From the NCBI GenBank assembly GCA_046563655.1, contig CM102287.1, positions 9,052,001 through 9,116,000 on the forward strand: DNA of 64,000 bases, in the 5' to 3' direction. The stretch's first letter is position 1. The number at the start of each line of letters is the position of its first letter. Under the pieces are notes generated by a model that ran no database searches, had not been told where the DNA came from, and saw nothing but the letters and a program-made list of their open reading frames with translations. Of this stretch, positions 61,767 through 64,000 are shown piece by piece. The DNA is from Yuukianura sp. NJ FZ-2021 (Eukaryota). The translations under genes were made by a program, and so were the position numbers.

Positions 61767-62643
61767 CCGTATGTTCGGCTGCCAACTTTAAAAACTTTTT
61801 TTCCCTCCTTCCCCTCCCACCCCCAATTCCGAGATTTGCCAAGCGGCAGCTACGCTCCGCAAGACTACTGGCACTTTTCGAGCTCTGTCGCCAAATTCGA
61901 CTTTTCTCAAATAACCTAAAGTAAATTCACTTCAAACCAATGTAATAATTAACGCAACATAATTAATTAATGTTTAAATTAACCTAACCTAGTTAATTAG
62001 CGTAATACCCTATCCTAAAATAAATTTAATTCTAAATTATTATGAATTGACCTAAAATTAGAACAAACTAACCTTTTTTGAACTAGTTTTGAACTTTTCC
62101 CAAAATTTTGAACTTTTTTCAAAATTTTGAAAAAAAAAGTTTAAAACCGAAAAAGTTCAAAACTTTTGAAAAAAGTTCAAAATTTTGAAAAAAGTTCAAA
62201 ATTTTGGGAAAAGTTCAAAATTTTGAAAAAAGTTCAAAATTTTGGGAAAAGTTCAAAATTTTGAAAAAAGTTCAAAATTTTGGGAAAAGTTCAAAATTTT
62301 GAAAAAAGTTCAAAATTTTGGGAAAAGTTCAAAAAAAGATAGTTTGTTCTAATTTTAGGTCAATTCATAATAATTTAGAATTAAATTTATTTTAGGATAG
62401 GGTATTACGCTAATTAACTAGGTTAGGTTAATTTAAACATTAATTAATTATGTTGCGTTAATTATTACATTGGTTTGAAGTGAATTTACTTTAGGTTATT
62501 TGAGAAAAGTCGAATTTGGCGACAGAGCTCGAAAAGTGCCAGTAGTCTTGCGGAGCGTAGCTGCCGCTTGGCAAATCTCGGAATTGGGGGTGGGAGGGGA
62601 AGGAGGGAAAAAAAGTTTTTAAAGTTGGCAGCCGAACATACGG
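61767..62643. mobile_element. 877-bp foldback MITE, Tc1/mariner (Tc2/pogo-like)
   Basis: About 300-bp essentially perfect inverted arms; termini CCGTATG...CATACGG; TA at 61765-61766 and 62644-62645; central 19-bp array. Confidence 0.88.
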
Positions 62644-62754
62644 TAGTTCAGCACCCTTATCATAAATAAATTGTAATACATGATTAATTGTATTACATGA
62701 TTCTAAACTATTCTAACAAAATTTATCTCAAACGTCGAAATTTTCTGAAGGCTT

Positions 62755-63968
62755 TTAAATCTCAAACTCTTTTGGGTTGTGCTGAATTTCGACATTTTTA
62801 TTCTTGATATCCAAGTCCACATTGTTATCACTTGCCGTTTGACCTCTGACTTTTTCTTGTCGTGTGATGACATAAATTGTGCAAAATGCCACCGAACAAA
62901 TGACCAAACTAAAATAGTTGGTGTACATCAGAATGAACGGATGACTTTCAATTTTCAGTCCAATGATCAAAGGGTATACGGTGGGTGCTAAACCTGAAGC
63001 TACGCTCATAACTGCTCCAACGTTATTACAAACCTTCATTTGTTTTTCAATAAAACCGTAAAAGGATGGCACAATTGTTGAAAATCCGACTCCCAGAATG
63101 AGAATTCCACTCCAGAGAGCGGCAACAGAAGAATTTGCAAATATTAGCAAAAGGGAGTTCCCGAGTAACACGAGAGCGAAGTTTGTAACGAGAAGAAATT
63201 GCGGTCGGATTTTCAAAATTACCAAAATTCCAACGGCTCTGCCCAATGTAAACGCTACTGCTAGAGCAGACAAAACCAAGCTGCCTTCCGGTTGTGACAA
63301 GTTGAGGTCAATGAAATGAGTAAATGTCGGTACAAATTGGAACGAACAGACTTCCATACCCTGGTAAGCTCCCAATACACAAGCAGATAGCAGAATGAGT
63401 AGAGTTCTCTTTGCATTTGTGGCCTTCGCGGGTTCGAGTCCACCTTCCGTTGCGGGTTTTTCGATTTCTTTTTCACACTTTTTCTGATTCTGGTGGATTC
63501 TACATGTGTAAAAATAGAGCGCCAAAAATAGAATTCCACCGAACATTGTTGCCATACCGCCCATAAGGAATGGAACGTAGAAGTCTGGGGGTGGAGGCAG
63601 AAGGTCATTGACCTCAGTGGTTGAATCTAACATAAGATCAGTAGCGTTGGAGGCGGTAAATTTGAATTCTTCGGTGGTAGTACGTTCAGGCAGGTAAAAC
63701 TTCATGACAAGGGGGCTAAAAATTGTGCCGAGGGCAAAACTGAAATGTTGAATTTGAATGTAAAAGGCGGCATTCCGTTGCCAGAGGTCAATGATCCAGA
63801 CGACCTGGGCAGTACTGAAGATTGCGCAAGTTGCCCCAACAATACTGGCCAAAATGAAGAAAACTGGCAACGATGGACACATTGGAACTAATGTGGCTAC
63901 AGTTCCGAGGGTGATCAGCATAAGCGGAGAGGCAATTTGCCTATTGAGGAAATTCAGTACAAACCCCG
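62755..63968 (-). CDS. MFS transporter (MFSD4 / sodium-dependent glucose transporter 1-like), 5' exons outside window
   Basis: Multi-TM ORF with QHFSFALGTIFSPL, YQGMEV, AFTLGR, GVGFSTIVP. Confidence 0.85.
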
Positions 63969-64000
63969 CTAAAATTAAAAATAAACCAAACTTATTGAAA

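Noticed and set aside
1..64000. tRNA, rRNA or snRNA genes
   Set aside because: None recognisable by eye; a covariance-model scan would be needed to exclude small RNAs

Overview
AT-rich eukaryotic (arthropod) genomic DNA with short GT-AG introns. Gene content (F-box/LRR orphan, AA15 LPMO, divergent 7TM chemoreceptors) suggests a springtail-like hexapod; this is an inference. About 22 host genes or gene fragments are supported: a coiled-coil protein, two MGAT1/GnT-I paralogues flanking arginase, F-box/LRR, AA15 LPMO, a multi-C2H2 zinc finger, two atypical chemoreceptor-like genes around a MARVEL-like gene, calpain, GMC oxidoreductase, two tandem GH1 glucosidases, sorbitol dehydrogenase plus a duplicated dead 3' fragment, cyclophilin, Ash2, mRpL20 (with a +1 frameshift), a ricin-B lectin, an orphan, a canonical GR and an MFS transporter. 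Six DNA-transposon-type elements were read from inverted repeats, four with clear target-site duplications. Main results: (1) one MGAT1 paralogue is cut inside a coding exon by an apparently intact 3.1-kb Sola1-like transposon, carries a deleted Tc1/IS630-like element in the next intron, and its full ORF is restored by removing both; (2) a 1.5-kb IS3EU-like foldback element; (3) a GMC oxidase with a choline-oxidase-type GGCSSHN motif next to duplicated GH1 genes and SORD; (4) window-wide AGGTCA repeats and TTCAAAATTTTGAA-type intron motifs. No tRNA, rRNA or CRISPR was seen. Exon models were made by eye and family names come from remembered motifs, not database searches.
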